Source: Malassezia furfur
Lineage: Eukaryota
Reading direction: 5' to 3' (one strand)
NCBI GenBank assembly: GCA_052055015.1
Contig: JBQJIT010000034.1
DNA: 46,935 nucleotides
Position 1 is the stretch's first letter, and each line of letters starts with the position of its first letter. Positions 26,260-37,600 of this stretch are shown in pieces. Position numbers and translations under genes: made by a program. The notes under the pieces were generated by a model. The model had not been told where the DNA came from, did not search any database, and worked only from the letters and a program-made list of their open reading frames with translations.

Positions 26260-29200
26260 ATGGCTCCGGGGGGCGCGCCGCGGTTCGCGTCCTTTCAGCC
26301 GAGAGCGCGCGCGCCGTCTGCGGCCCAGCAGCAGCCAGAGGACACGCAAAAGGAGAGCACACATGTGCATCAAGACAGCTCAAAAATCTCAGACGTGCAG
26401 CACGAGCATAAGCACCGCGAGCGGACAAAGCATCGCCATCATGGGCACGCACGCACTTCGTCGTCACGGCACAGACACCGCGAGCGCGGGGAGCGCAAAG
26501 ACCCGCTTGTATCTACCGAGCAAGATCCAAAATCACATGGCGACCCACTTTTTATAATTGATCGGTTCGGCGACGCGGATACGGCGAGGCTGGGGCCCGG
26601 CAACTATACCACACCCAAGTACGAGCGAACAAACCACTGCATGGCTCTGGGTCATGCGGCACAACGTGCTCGGCCAGCCCAAACAGCACCTTCGAAAAGT
26701 TTGGTCGAAGCTCGTGCGCCTGCGTCAAGTTCTCCGTCGCATGACGAGGCCGCCTATGTCGAGCTGGAAGCCCCTAAAGAAGTACCCACACACCAGGCCT
26801 ACCGCGACCCCTACCGCACTACAAAGACACCCAAAAACGGCGAGAACCCCACTGAATCGCCCCTTTTTGCGCATGATTCGGTCCAAGCGCAGAGCCGTGA
26901 GCTCCACAAGCGCACGCAGCAGGACCCAAGTAATCTTCGTGCATGGTTTGACCTCGCCGAACTCCAGGCGCGAGTGATGCACCCCGACCCAACTACACCA
27001 CTTTCGCGTGCAGAAGAGTCGAGTGTGGCACGCATGCAGATGGCAGTCTTGGACCGTGCTGAAGAAGCATCGGCGCAGAACAAGGGGGCAATCCCGTTGG
27101 TGTTAGGACGACTCCTGGTGGCGGCCAATGTCGGCCTCTGGACCAGTGAAAAGCTGAATCGTACCTGGCGAAAAGTGCTTGAGGAGTACGTGGGGCGTAA
27201 TGATGCGTCGCTTCGTGAATACTGTCGCTTGTGGTGGCTCTATGTCCAATTTCGGAAAAGTGACTGGGCGTCGTTTACGCTCGACGACATGCTTGGCATC
27301 TTTGGAGAGGCCCTTACAGCCCCACAGCAAACCATGTTTGTATCTGATCCGGGGACTGTGCATGCATACCAACTGGACATCGTAAGCGAGCTCTGTTCGA
27401 CTTTGCACAGTGCAGGGTATCAAGAACGGGCCTATGGGACCTTGCAGGCGCTCTTGAAACTACATTTGGGTATGCTGGAGTATGCGCGTGATAGCCGCCT
27501 TACCTTTGAGCATATCACAGAGATCCTTGGGGCCTGGTGGGATGCAGAGCATGCGAGGGTGGGAGATGCGCTTCCCTACGATGGTTTCCATCTGGACAAT
27601 GACCTGGAAGTGGTGAACCAGCCATCTCAATACTTGCAAAAAGCTAGTGCAGCATTCCACAAACAGCCTGACCAGGTGGACAGCCTCAGCAATCAGGATA
27701 TGGTGGCTTGGCAGCGGGCCGAACTCATCGCGGCCGAGCACGCGTCACCCTGGCGCTTCGAGGCAGACGTTCCCGGCAGGTCGGTCGATCCATTCTCGTA
27801 CGTGCTATTTGATGATCTCCGCATGGCCATGGTCCCACCTGGACCGGATGCACTTTCATCGACGATCCGTGTCGCCGATGCTTTGTTTGCATACGTGGGT
27901 CTGCCCTCCCACTGGTTTTCTTCATCGATGTTGTTCGGCCAGACATCCTTCTCTGTGGTGGATGAACTCCGACAACACCCCACCGTCTGGCCTGACGTGG
28001 AGCACTACTGGGTCCCCTCGGCCATGTGGTCGCAGGAACCGTGGCTGAAGTCCGACAACGCCCAACAAACGCCGGTGCAAAACGTGCCACTCACCCCTGA
28101 TACCCTCTTTCCGCGCACCTTGCAGGATCCGCGCGGGCCTTGGTTTTGTGTTTTGCCCGAGCTTCCGATGAAGACGGCGCAGACTGCAGAACGTATTTTG
28201 GTACATCTTGAGCAGCGTTTAGACGCAGCGGGTCACAAAGACCATGCGATCATGATTGCATTGCCGCATGCCATGGTGTGCGTCGCTGCTGGTGACCACA
28301 AAAGTGCACGCAAGGTCTTGCGTGCAGCGCTGCAGCGCGACGATCAGCGCCCCATGCTTTGGTATGCGTATGCCCAACTCGAACTGAGCACGTCGGGTAA
28401 CGTCGAGGCCGCGCGAAAAGTCCTGGTCCAGGTTCTAGGCTCGTTCAGACGTACGACCACACGCAGCCATGCGTACGAAGCACACCTGCTCTGGGCCCTT
28501 TGGGCGGAGTTGGAATGGGCTGCGGGGGATAGCGCAACAGCCTTGCGTGTTCTTGCAGTGGCTGCATCGGCTCAATTGGAGTTTGCGTTCGATACCAGCA
28601 GCTTGCATGCGCGCGTCTTTCCGTCCCAGAAGGAAGCGCTGCGTGGCACCGAAAAGCTTCATACGCTGCAGACGCTGCGCAAACAGGTTGAGCGCACATG
28701 CAGTAGTGTGGGGTCGCATGCACCCATGCTCCCGCCTCTGGCCTTTTGTGCTGCGCTTGCGGAATTTTTGCTGCAAGACGTGCCAGCCGGTGATGAGATG
28801 TCGGCACCTGCATCCATCTTTAACAATGTACTCGCAACGACCCAGGGCAGTGTGCAACAACAAACTGCAACAGCCTTCCAGCGATTCCTGTATACCCTGC
28901 GTCACGTCTCCCCCAACACAGCCTTTAGGCCAAGGGAAGTGCGCGCGATCACAACGCGGTTGGCTCAGCAGGATGCACAGAACTCGTGTCATCTACAAGT
29001 GCTAACGATTCAAGAGCAGCACGCGCATCTCGAGAACTATGTGCGTGAATTTGTCCAAACCACGGTCCTGCAGAAGGGTGCGACCGGTGCATGGATAGAC
29101 CTACTGTTGCGACCGGCCCAGGAAATTGCCGAGGGATGGTACAATGCCGAGCAAGCATGGATGCTCGCGATTGCAGTCGAGCTCCGTGTACAGAGACACC

Positions 29201-29666
29201 TCGATGCAGATCGTATTCGCCACATTTTCGACCGTTCCCTCTATGTGATGCGTGCCTCGTCCATGCTGTGGCATTTGGCGATCGGGTTCGAGATGCATCT
29301 CCTCGCCAATCCAACGGGACAGCGGCGGCGCGTAACGAACCAGACGTTGCAGCGTGCCAAGGCGCTGATTTACCAAGCCATTCGGCACTGTCCTTTTGAT
29401 AAAGGTACGTCGAGTTGACTCACCCAGCGTTCTACCTGCAAGCATTTTCGCCCCGCTTGGAAGCGGTGTTTGACGCCCAGGAGCTGTACGCACTGGCCAC
29501 TATGATGGAGGAGAAACAGCTACGCATCTATACGGACTTGGATGAACCCATGCGTGCAGATACCCTACAAGAGCACGACGCTGTCCCTGACGAAGCCGAG
29601 GCCAAGGACTGGATCGCAACGTTCGTCGACGACATTGCGGCAGCCACCGTACGGGGCTCCTCGTAG
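26260..29666 (+). CDS. NRDE2: NRDE2/Nrl1-like spliceosome-associated HAT/TPR protein
   Basis: N-terminal PRFASF, IDRFGD, GYQERAYGTLQAL, WWDAEHARVGD, DPFSYVLFDD, LWYAYAQLE, CPFDK|AFYL, MMEEKQLRI. Intron 29405-29427 (23). Confidence 0.85.
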
Positions 29667-29820
29667 ATTGCCATGGCCACGTGGATGGTTCGTACATGTC
29701 TATTCTGCAGTGCCTGACGGGAATCGAGCCAATGAGAACTGTAGATGTCACGAAGTCGAGATTTGATGCGCGCATGGGCGACCGATGAGGCTGTGAAGTT
29801 ACGCCAGCCTTTCTTCTCCC

Positions 29821-30894
29821 ATGATGCGGGCGGCAAGCTGGCTCGCCCTAGCGGCGGCATGGATGGCGTGGGTGCCTGCCATTTATGCCAGCCCAATGAT
29901 GGTCAAGCGGGCAACTACGTGCAACGGGTATTCGGACCTGTGCAACCGGCAGTTCTCGAATGTCACCTTTATTGGTGCACATGACTCGTATGCCGTGGGG
30001 CCGACGTCGCGTTTCGGCGCAAACCAGGAGCTTACGGTTAAGGACCAACTCGACAGTGGCATCCGTGCGCTGCAGATCCAGGGCCACAAGTCCTCTAATA
30101 GTGGTGGGTCCGGTATTTCGCTGTGTCACACGAGCTGCACCATCCTGAATGGTGGCACGCTGGAAAACTACCTGTCGAACGTCACCGACTGGGTCAAGGC
30201 AAATCCGAACGACGTGATCAGTATTTTCATCGCCAATAACGACAACCTGCCAGCGACACAATGGGACCAGGGCTTCAGCTCGTCGGGTCTCAAGTCGTAC
30301 ACTTATGCTCCAGGCGGCCAGAAGCTGGCCAAGAAAAACTGGCCGACGCTACAGGACATGATTAGCAACAACCATCGTGTGGTGGTATTTATGGACTACG
30401 AGACCGACATTGGCAACGTCAACTACATCCTGCCTGAGTTCAAGAACGTGTGGGAAAACCCCTACGACCAGATCAAGACACCGTTTAACTGCACGCCTGA
30501 TCGGATCGACGGGAATGCCAACAGCATGATGTACCTTACAAACCACTTCCTCGACCAGGAGAAGGAGCTGTTCGGCCAGACGTTTTCAACGCCCAATGTC
30601 GACCAATTGAACACGACCAACGGCATTGCATCCATTCTGCAGGACACGAACAGCTGTGCCCAGGAGCACGGATCGTACCCGACCTTTGTCCTGGTCGACT
30701 TCTTTGCCAAGGGAAATGGTTCTGTGTTCGAGGCGGCGGCTCAGATGAACAACGTGAACTTTAACGGTGCCAGCATCTCGACGTCGAACACGGACTCGGG
30801 TGAGGAGCAGCATGATGCAGGATCAGCGACGCGGCCTCTGGCTGCGTACTGGGCGGCGACGGCCGCACTGGCGATGCTCCTAGGACTCGCATGA
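29821..30894 (+). CDS. Secreted, probably GPI-anchored PI-PLC-like phosphodiesterase
   Basis: Signal peptide; CNGYSDLCNRQFSNVTFIGAHDSYA, NQ...QLDSGIR, LCHTSC, NHFLD, PTFVLVDF; Ser/Thr linker and hydrophobic C-terminus. Confidence 0.85.
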   Translation: MMRAASWLALAAAWMAWVPAIYASPMMVKRATTCNGYSDLCNRQFSNVTFIGAHDSYAVGPTSRFGANQELTVKDQLDSGIRALQIQGHKSSNSGGSGISLCHTSCTILNGGTLENYLSNVTDWVKANPNDVISIFIANNDNLPATQWDQGFSSSGLKSYTYAPGGQKLAKKNWPTLQDMISNNHRVVVFMDYETDIGNVNYILPEFKNVWENPYDQIKTPFNCTPDRIDGNANSMMYLTNHFLDQEKELFGQTFSTPNVDQLNTTNGIASILQDTNSCAQEHGSYPTFVLVDFFAKGNGSVFEAAAQMNNVNFNGASISTSNTDSGEEQHDAGSATRPLAAYWAATAALAMLLGLA

Positions 30895-31025
30895 TAGGTG
30901 TGTAGATAGGTAGATCACAGACAATTACGATGCTCCAGTATCCAATTACTTGTATATGACACGATCACGTTTACCTACAAGCATTGACTGTTTGTTTTGG
31001 TATAGGAATCCGAGGACGGCAGCAT

Positions 31026-33406
31026 TTAATCCACATCCATGTCACCCTGCTGCTTGCCCGCCTGCTCCTGGTTCGCCTGACCCTCGGCGTTCGCGTTGGC
31101 GTCCGCCTTGGGCGCCTCCGGCGCAGCGCGGGGCTTGGGCTTGGCAAGGATGGGGGTCACAACATAGATCACGTCGTCCTTGTTCTTCATGATGTCCTCC
31201 ACAGTGAGCTTCGGGTCGGCGTTCTTGGGCAGCTCGCTCTGCTTGTACATCCAGTCGTCGAGCCACTTGGACACGTTGGCGACCTTCTCAATCACCTTAG
31301 TCTTGTCGTCATCCGACAGGTGGTCGTACTTCTCGCGCTCCTGCTCGAACACAGTCGAGTACTTGTTGAGCACCTCACGCAGCTGCGAGGCGGCCTTGGG
31401 GCGCTCCTCGTTCTGCTTCCAGCGGTTCTGGATGGGCGCACCCATCTTCTCGAGCGCCTCGAGGCGCGAGGTGTAGGCGGACTTGGTCGCATCCTCGCCC
31501 TCCTCCGTGTAGAGCCAGTCCTCCGCCTGGCTCAGCTCGGCGAGGTACTTCTCCTTCTCGTCCGCCTGGACAAAGGCAGCGTAGCGCTCGCTCAGGCGCG
31601 AGCGCTGGTCGTAAATGTACTCCTCCAGCGCGTTGCGACGGTCCTCGGTGTCCGCCACGAGCTTGTCGGCGGCGTGCATTTGGCCCTCCTTCTCCTTGAG
31701 CTGGGCAATCTGCTCAACGGTCAGGTGGCTGATGTGCGAAACGATGGGCAGGTCGTCCTTGCGCTGCAGCTTCTTCACCACGCGCTTCTCGGTCTTGACG
31801 GGCTCACCCTCGACCTGCTGCGCACCCTCCACAGGCACTTCCTCCTCCTTCTCGACCTCGTCAACCGTGTAGGCGCTCTCCACGTTGAGCACACCGTGCA
31901 GGTTGAGACGCGCCTTGACCTTGACGATCGAATGGTCGCCCTGGGCGTTGGGCGCCACCTTGTCGATACTCACCCGGCCGAGCGCCGGCTGGGTGCCGAT
32001 GGGCAGGTGCGCAGGGTCCGCGTAGGCCGCCTCAAGCGTGAAGGGCTCCTTGCGGTAGAAGGTAAGGATCTTGGTCGAGGGCACGGGGTTGTTCTTCGAG
32101 AAGACCACCAGCTCGTTCTCCTCGTCGGGCACATCCGCAGCGGGCGGCCACGAGACCTTGATGGGGTAGGGCGAGATGTCGTGCACCGAGAACTCACGCA
32201 CGCGGAACACGGGTGAGAGCGTGGCGCAGGCGAGCGTGTCACCACGAACCACCGCCTCGTCGGCGTTGAGCGTGGTCGAGAGACCCTTACCGAACCACGC
32301 GGCGATGCGCTCCTTGAGCGCAGGCACACGCGTGCTGCCACCGACGAGCTCGACGGAGAAGATCTCGTCCTTGGTGAGACCCGACTGCTCGAGCGCCTCG
32401 TTGAGCGGCACCTCGATGTTCTCAAGGTAGCGCTTGATGAGCTCCTCGAACTCCTCGCGCTTGAGCTGCGACGAGGCGTCAATGTCGTTCATCAGGCTCT
32501 CGACGTTGAGCTGCGCAAGGCTGTTGGCCGACAGCACCTTCTTCAGGCGCTCACACCCAGCAGCCAGGCGGAAGACGGCCTTGGGGCTCGAGAAGACATC
32601 GATCTTGTACTTGCCCTTGAACTCCTCGGCGAAGTGCTCCACCAGCGCGCGGTCGAAGTTGCGGCCACCAAAGTTGGGGTCCGCCGACGCACCCAGCACG
32701 GTGAGTTGGCCCTTGCTGAACGCCACCACCGAGACCTGGTAGTTCGAGTGGCCAATGTCGACAAACACCACATTGCGCGGGTTCTCCGGCTCAGGGAGGT
32801 CCGTCTTCGTGATACCGTAGCCGAGCGCAGTGGCCGTCGGCTCATTGATGGCACGCAAGGGGTTCAGGTTCGCGATCTCCGCGGCGGCCAGCATGGCACG
32901 GCGCTGGTTGTCCGTGAACCAGATGGGCACCGAGAAGACGACGTCGCTCACCGTCTGACCACCCAGCTCGTTCTGCGCCGTGTCGCGCAGCTTGGCCAGG
33001 TACATGGCGAGCACCTGCGTCGCCGAGAAGACGTGCTGCTCACCGGCGTAGTTCACCTTGACACCGACTTCACCGCCGGCGTCGACCAGCTCGGCGTAGA
33101 TGAACTTCTTCTCGATGTTCTGAATCGCCTCGTCGTCGAAGGTGCGACCGACGAGGCGCTTGAGCGACCCAACCGTGTTCTTGAAGTTGGACGTCTGCGC
33201 GGTGGCCGCAGCCTCACCAATGGCACGCGCCTTGTCGAGGAACGACACAAGCGACGGCGTGCTGCGGTTGCTCACTTCGTTTGCGACAATGTCGACGCCG
33301 CGCGCGCGGGCGACGCCGATTCTGCACGGTTAGCAAAAGAACTTCAGGCATGCAATACGTACTTGCTGCTACTGTTACCGATATCCAGACCGACAACACT
33401 AGACAT
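31026..33406 (-). CDS. SSE1: Hsp110 chaperone / nucleotide exchange factor
   Basis: VVGLDIG, NEVSNRSTPSLV, TLNADEAV, RNALEEYIY, C-terminal GDMDVD. 41-nt intron 33322-33362. Confidence 0.95.
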
Positions 33407-33563
33407 ATTCGGTCAATACACTCGAGTGTGTCCAAGAAAAACGTTTTGGCCCGGCCATTGTTTTAATTCTTTCTTGACCGCGGGCGCCTGTGCGTCGGCC
33501 ACCGAGCCAGCGGGGCGCGTGGCAAACACGCCCACTCAGTGGCCTACCAGGCCGAAAAACACC

Positions 33564-33586
33564 TTCTACAAGATTCTCCGCCCTTC
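33564..33586. promoter_or_regulatory. Candidate step-type heat-shock element upstream of SSE1
   Basis: TTC at 33564, 33574 and 33584 (TTC-N7-TTC-N7-TTC), about 160-180 nt upstream of the SSE1 ATG. Confidence 0.4.
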
Positions 33587-33805
33587 CGCGTCATTCGGCC
33601 CTCGAGGACCCGCAAAGACGCTGACTAACCAACGTGGGCGGATTCCAATTTTTTGGCAACTAGCTCTACAGATCCCATGCGGCATGAAGAGTCCAGGCCA
33701 GTGCAGCATCGTGGCCGATGCACGCAAGTAGAGAGACATGAGACTCGCTATATCATAGCAAATCCATCGTATGACAGAACGACACCGGTATAGACAATCA
33801 AGCGC

Positions 33806-34947
33806 TTAGTTCATGCGGCGAACCAGGCGGTTGATGTCCGACTCGTGGTCACCAGCGTCACCGCCCTCGATGTAGTGCTTGAACTTGCGCTTCTTGAAGC
33901 CGCCCGTCGGGCTCGAGAGCTGGAAGGGCCACAGGAACTGGTTCGCGACCTTGAAGTTGGGGCCAGCAGTGGCGATCTCGTGGACAAGGTCCTCAACCGA
34001 GATGATGCCGTACTTGCCGAGCTGCTCCTCAATGATGCTGTTGTCGGTGATGGGGATGCGCTGGCGGTTGATCTTGGCGTAACCGCGCTTGTAGATAAGC
34101 TCACGGATCGTCTTCAGGTTCGGCTCACCCCAGGCAACGTAGGGAGTGATCAGCTGGAGCATCTGCTGGGTCGCGTTGGTGAGCTTCAGGAAAACACCGT
34201 TGTTGACCTGGAGCAGACGCAGGAGCTGCATGATCTTGCGCGGCTTCGGGGGGATGTTGCTGATACCACGCAGACGCACAACAAAGGCAACACGGGGCTG
34301 GGCCGGCACATAGAAGTCACCCTGCGACTTGGCGAGGCGGCGAAGGCGGATCTGCTCACGCTCGAGCGCCTTGTACTCCTTCACGTACTGCTCAGCACGC
34401 TTGAAGATGACGGCACGCTTCTGCTTCCGGGCCTGTAAGGGTTAGTATTCGTTCACGCAGATCGTCTCCCGTGTCTGCTTCACGCGATGAAGACCCCTCC
34501 CATGACAATGAAAAGTCAAATCAGCCCCGAAAGATGGTATAATTGAGACATCATCGACAATGCAGAGCATGCCTAGTCCACAAAAGGTTGGTATACATCA
34601 TGTAGAGGGCGTCGGGGATGTGCGCGCAGACACGGGAGATGTGCAGTACACACCTTGCGGAGCTCGACGGCCTTGGCCTGCTTCTCCTCGCGGAGCTTCG
34701 AGTCGGTCTTCCGCTTCTTCAGAAGCGTCTCGGGGACGAGCACATCCTTGGCGCTGGGCACAGAACTGGATCGGTGTTAGTATCGTAAACCCAAAAAAGT
34801 GCGGCATCCAAGCTGCTACGCGCATCGTATCGTGCCCTTTCGCGCGTGTAATCACCGCACATACAAACGGCACGATACAAGCACCCGTATCATAGCGAAG
34901 GATGGATCCGCGTGCAGTACGTACGTCTTGACCAGGGCAGCAGACAT
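33806..34947 (-). CDS. RPL7: 60S ribosomal protein uL30 (L7)
   Basis: [45 protein letters not shown]. Exons 34925-34947, 34654-34765, 33806-34432; introns of 159 and 221 nt with TACTAAC branch points. Confidence 0.97.
34518..34605 (-). ncRNA. Intronic box C/D snoRNA, snR39B/SNORD2-like (predicted guide for LSU rRNA Gm805, yeast numbering)
   Basis: On the minus strand: C-box-like ATGATGT (34595-34601), C'-like GATGATGT (34548-34555), guide ACCATCTTTCGGG complementary to LSU rRNA CCCGAAAGAUGGU, one unpaired G, then box D CTGA (34521-34524). The D+5 rule points to the G of CCCGAAAG. Ends are approximate. Confidence 0.85.
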
Positions 34948-35541
34948 CTTGAATGTAAGTGTCGGTGCAACCGATGGGAGGTGAGAATGAAAACCTTCCG
35001 CGAGCACGACCTTACAGCGCGCGCCGTGCCGCCGGCACCTTGTTCCTCACGTGAGCAATATAGTTCTATCAATACACGTGACATGGTGGAGGACGGCGGT
35101 GCTCTCGGCAGCGGGTCTGAGCACGGTGGACGGCCTCTGGAGCTGTGTCAGAGCCATGCTAGAGTGTGCTAGAGCCAGCGGTGGGGTACCATCAGGCCTC
35201 ACACAGACCGGATAAGATGTAGTCTTTTGCACAGTAAGCCTAAGATTCGCATAAATGAACTCTCTTGGAGGTTATTCCAAGTTGGATAACTATGAAAAAG
35301 TCTAGACTCTTGTACTTTGCACATTTTGGATTCCAAAGATGATGGCAGCCTTTCGCTAACCGGATATCGTCCTGTAACGCCTCGTCTTACTTGGTCGCAC
35401 GTTGGTAGCAGGCGGGTACATGCCACGTCCGAATCGAACGAGTGGAGGCCGATCGGGTAGCTCCCGATCGCGTCCGCTCAGCAGCGATCGTCGTCACCAA
35501 ACACTGGTTGCCGTCCCCAGGGTGCAAGCGAGAGGGCAGCA

Positions 35542-36516
35542 ATGTCCTTTTTCTACTCGGAGAGCTCATTTTCGGACAACCCACTGACGGGTTCCCAAGC
35601 CGAAGTATGGGGTGGCACAAGTCAATCGAATGTGTTCGACAAGGCGCCAGTAGAGGTGCCGAAGCCTACCTCCCTCGTGCCTGACACGGACGAGGTCGTG
35701 GACGAGGAGCATCCCTGGGGTCCCCCGCCCGAATTAGCTCCTGTGAAACCAAAGCAGCCTTCTGAAACGCTGCATCCGTGGGACCGGATGTCATCTGCGC
35801 CGGTAGACCCAGAGCCGTTGGCGGCGGTGTCGGACCCCGCCTTCTCGCCGTTTACCGCGCCGAGCAGTGGCGCTCCGTCGTATTTTGGCGAAACACATGC
35901 GCCAGACCCGCAACCCTATGCGACTACGAACACAGTATACCAGACTGCGGCAGAATCCGTTCAGCCCGCCGCACCCACGGACCGATTGAGCTCGGATCGC
36001 GTTTCCCAACCTACCGCGGCGCATCCATCGAGCACCGCGCGCGCTGCCGCCCAGGCAAAATCTGTATACCCTACTACCTACTCCCCTTTTGCGCGCGTGG
36101 AGACGGTGGGCTCTCGATACGACACGAACGATGACATGTATGGTGTGCCAGAGAACTTTTTGGAGGTCGAAGTGCGGAACCCTATCACGCACGGACACGG
36201 GCGCAAGATGTTCACGGATTACGAGGTCGTGACGCGCACAAACATCCCTGCATTCAAGCTGTCTTACTCTAGTGTGCGGCGCAGGTATTCCGACTTTGAC
36301 TACTTCCGTGATTTGCTGGAGCGCGAGTCGAACCGTGTCAACATCCCCATGCTCCCGGGCAAGGTGTACACGGGACGCTTCTCCGAGGACGTGATTGAGG
36401 CACGTCGTGAGGGCCTGGAGCGGTTCCTGCAGATTGTGGCGGGACATCCCTTGCTCCAGACCGGGAGCAAGCATATGGCCGCGTTTCTCCAAGACCCGCA
36501 GTGGCGTCGTCCATAG
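35542..36516 (+). CDS. SNX3: Sorting nexin-3 (PX domain) with long disordered N-terminal extension
   Basis: [53 protein letters not shown]. Confidence 0.92.
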   Translation: MSFFYSESSFSDNPLTGSQAEVWGGTSQSNVFDKAPVEVPKPTSLVPDTDEVVDEEHPWGPPPELAPVKPKQPSETLHPWDRMSSAPVDPEPLAAVSDPAFSPFTAPSSGAPSYFGETHAPDPQPYATTNTVYQTAAESVQPAAPTDRLSSDRVSQPTAAHPSSTARAAAQAKSVYPTTYSPFARVETVGSRYDTNDDMYGVPENFLEVEVRNPITHGHGRKMFTDYEVVTRTNIPAFKLSYSSVRRRYSDFDYFRDLLERESNRVNIPMLPGKVYTGRFSEDVIEARREGLERFLQIVAGHPLLQTGSKHMAAFLQDPQWRRP

Positions 36517-36643
36517 CAACGAATGTTTGGTATCATTATCAACAGTGATCTATGCCAGTGGAGCACGCCAAGAGGCGGCCGCGACAGCCTTCATGCATCG
36601 CGTCTTGATCCAAGGAAAGGGGTGTCCAGTATCCGCTTGCGGT

Positions 36644-37600
36644 CTACTCTTCCTTGACGTGGGCACGCGTCTCGGGCGGAGACTGGTTTGCCAGAATCAG
36701 GGGGTCGTCATCACGATGCGGCTCGCGGAAGCTGTTGCCGAGGCGGTCGCAAAGGGTAGTGTACTGGCCGTAGTTGCAAGTAAAGTACAGGTGATGCAAA
36801 GTGTGGTGTGCCGGACCATTGATGATGCGCTCCAGCCCCGTGCCCGTGATCATGTCGGAATCGTGGATCATGATGCTCCACATGTTCACAAAGCCAAACA
36901 AGGCAAGGAACAGGAGCTTGTTCAGGGGGAACAGCACCGGGAAAATGTGGTACGGCAGACTCTGTGCATACCCGTCAATCGGGTGGAATGCGTGCGAAGC
37001 AAACGGCGTCGGCACGATCCACTTGTGGTGCGGCTTGTGCACGTATTTGTAGATGGAAGGGTGGTGCTCGATACGGTGCACCCAGTAGATGCAAATGTCG
37101 GTGAAGAGCAGGAAGAAGGGGACACTCAGAATCAGGTACCACAATCCGTACTCATCCCACCGATCGTATACCCGCGAATAGCCTCGCACCTCGGCCACGA
37201 ACCATGGCACCGTCAGCAGGTCGAGCCAAGGGAATGCGCGGAGCGATGACTGGATTTCGAGTTTAATCTGATTTTTGAGGAAGCGGGGATGCTTCATCAG
37301 ATCTTTGTTGAACAGGAAGTAGTAGGACATGGACGCCATCGAGAAATAGAGCAGAATGATGCCAATGTATGTGATCACGTAGAGAGAGATCGTCTGGCGT
37401 ACAATGTTGTCGCGCGGCAGCCACGATACAGCCTTTCCAGGTTCACCGCACTGGGCAATCATCTGCTGCGTATCAATCGCCGTTTTGTTCAGCATGGAGC
37501 CCTGCGTGCCACATGCCGAGGAGAATCGAGACGCAGGCAGCAGGTGGGCCCACACGGAGTCCAGGACGTATTCATCCGCAATGTGCAGAACCAGGTCCAT
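36644..37600 (-). CDS. ERG3: C-5 sterol desaturase
   Basis: MDLVL..ADEY start, HPRFLKNQ, His boxes HRIEH, HKPHHKW, HTLHH, TPFASHAFHP, NYGQY. Confidence 0.95.
   Translation of the reverse strand: MDLVLHIADEYVLDSVWAHLLPASRFSSACGTQGSMLNKTAIDTQQMIAQCGEPGKAVSWLPRDNIVRQTISLYVITYIGIILLYFSMASMSYYFLFNKDLMKHPRFLKNQIKLEIQSSLRAFPWLDLLTVPWFVAEVRGYSRVYDRWDEYGLWYLILSVPFFLLFTDICIYWVHRIEHHPSIYKYVHKPHHKWIVPTPFASHAFHPIDGYAQSLPYHIFPVLFPLNKLLFLALFGFVNMWSIMIHDSDMITGTGLERIINGPAHHTLHHLYFTCNYGQYTTLCDRLGNSFREPHRDDDPLILANQSPPETRAHVKEE

Noticed and set aside
30984..33731. Long plus-strand ORFs (30984-32216, 32634-33731) antisense to the Hsp70-family gene SSE1
   Set aside because: Known antisense-ORF artefact of biased Hsp70-family genes; no independent evidence of coding.
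34912..35620. Short ORFs in the RPL7-SNX3 gap (34912-35172, 35199-35426, 35387-35620)
   Set aside because: No recognisable motifs and atypical codon usage; the region looks more like promoter or ncRNA.
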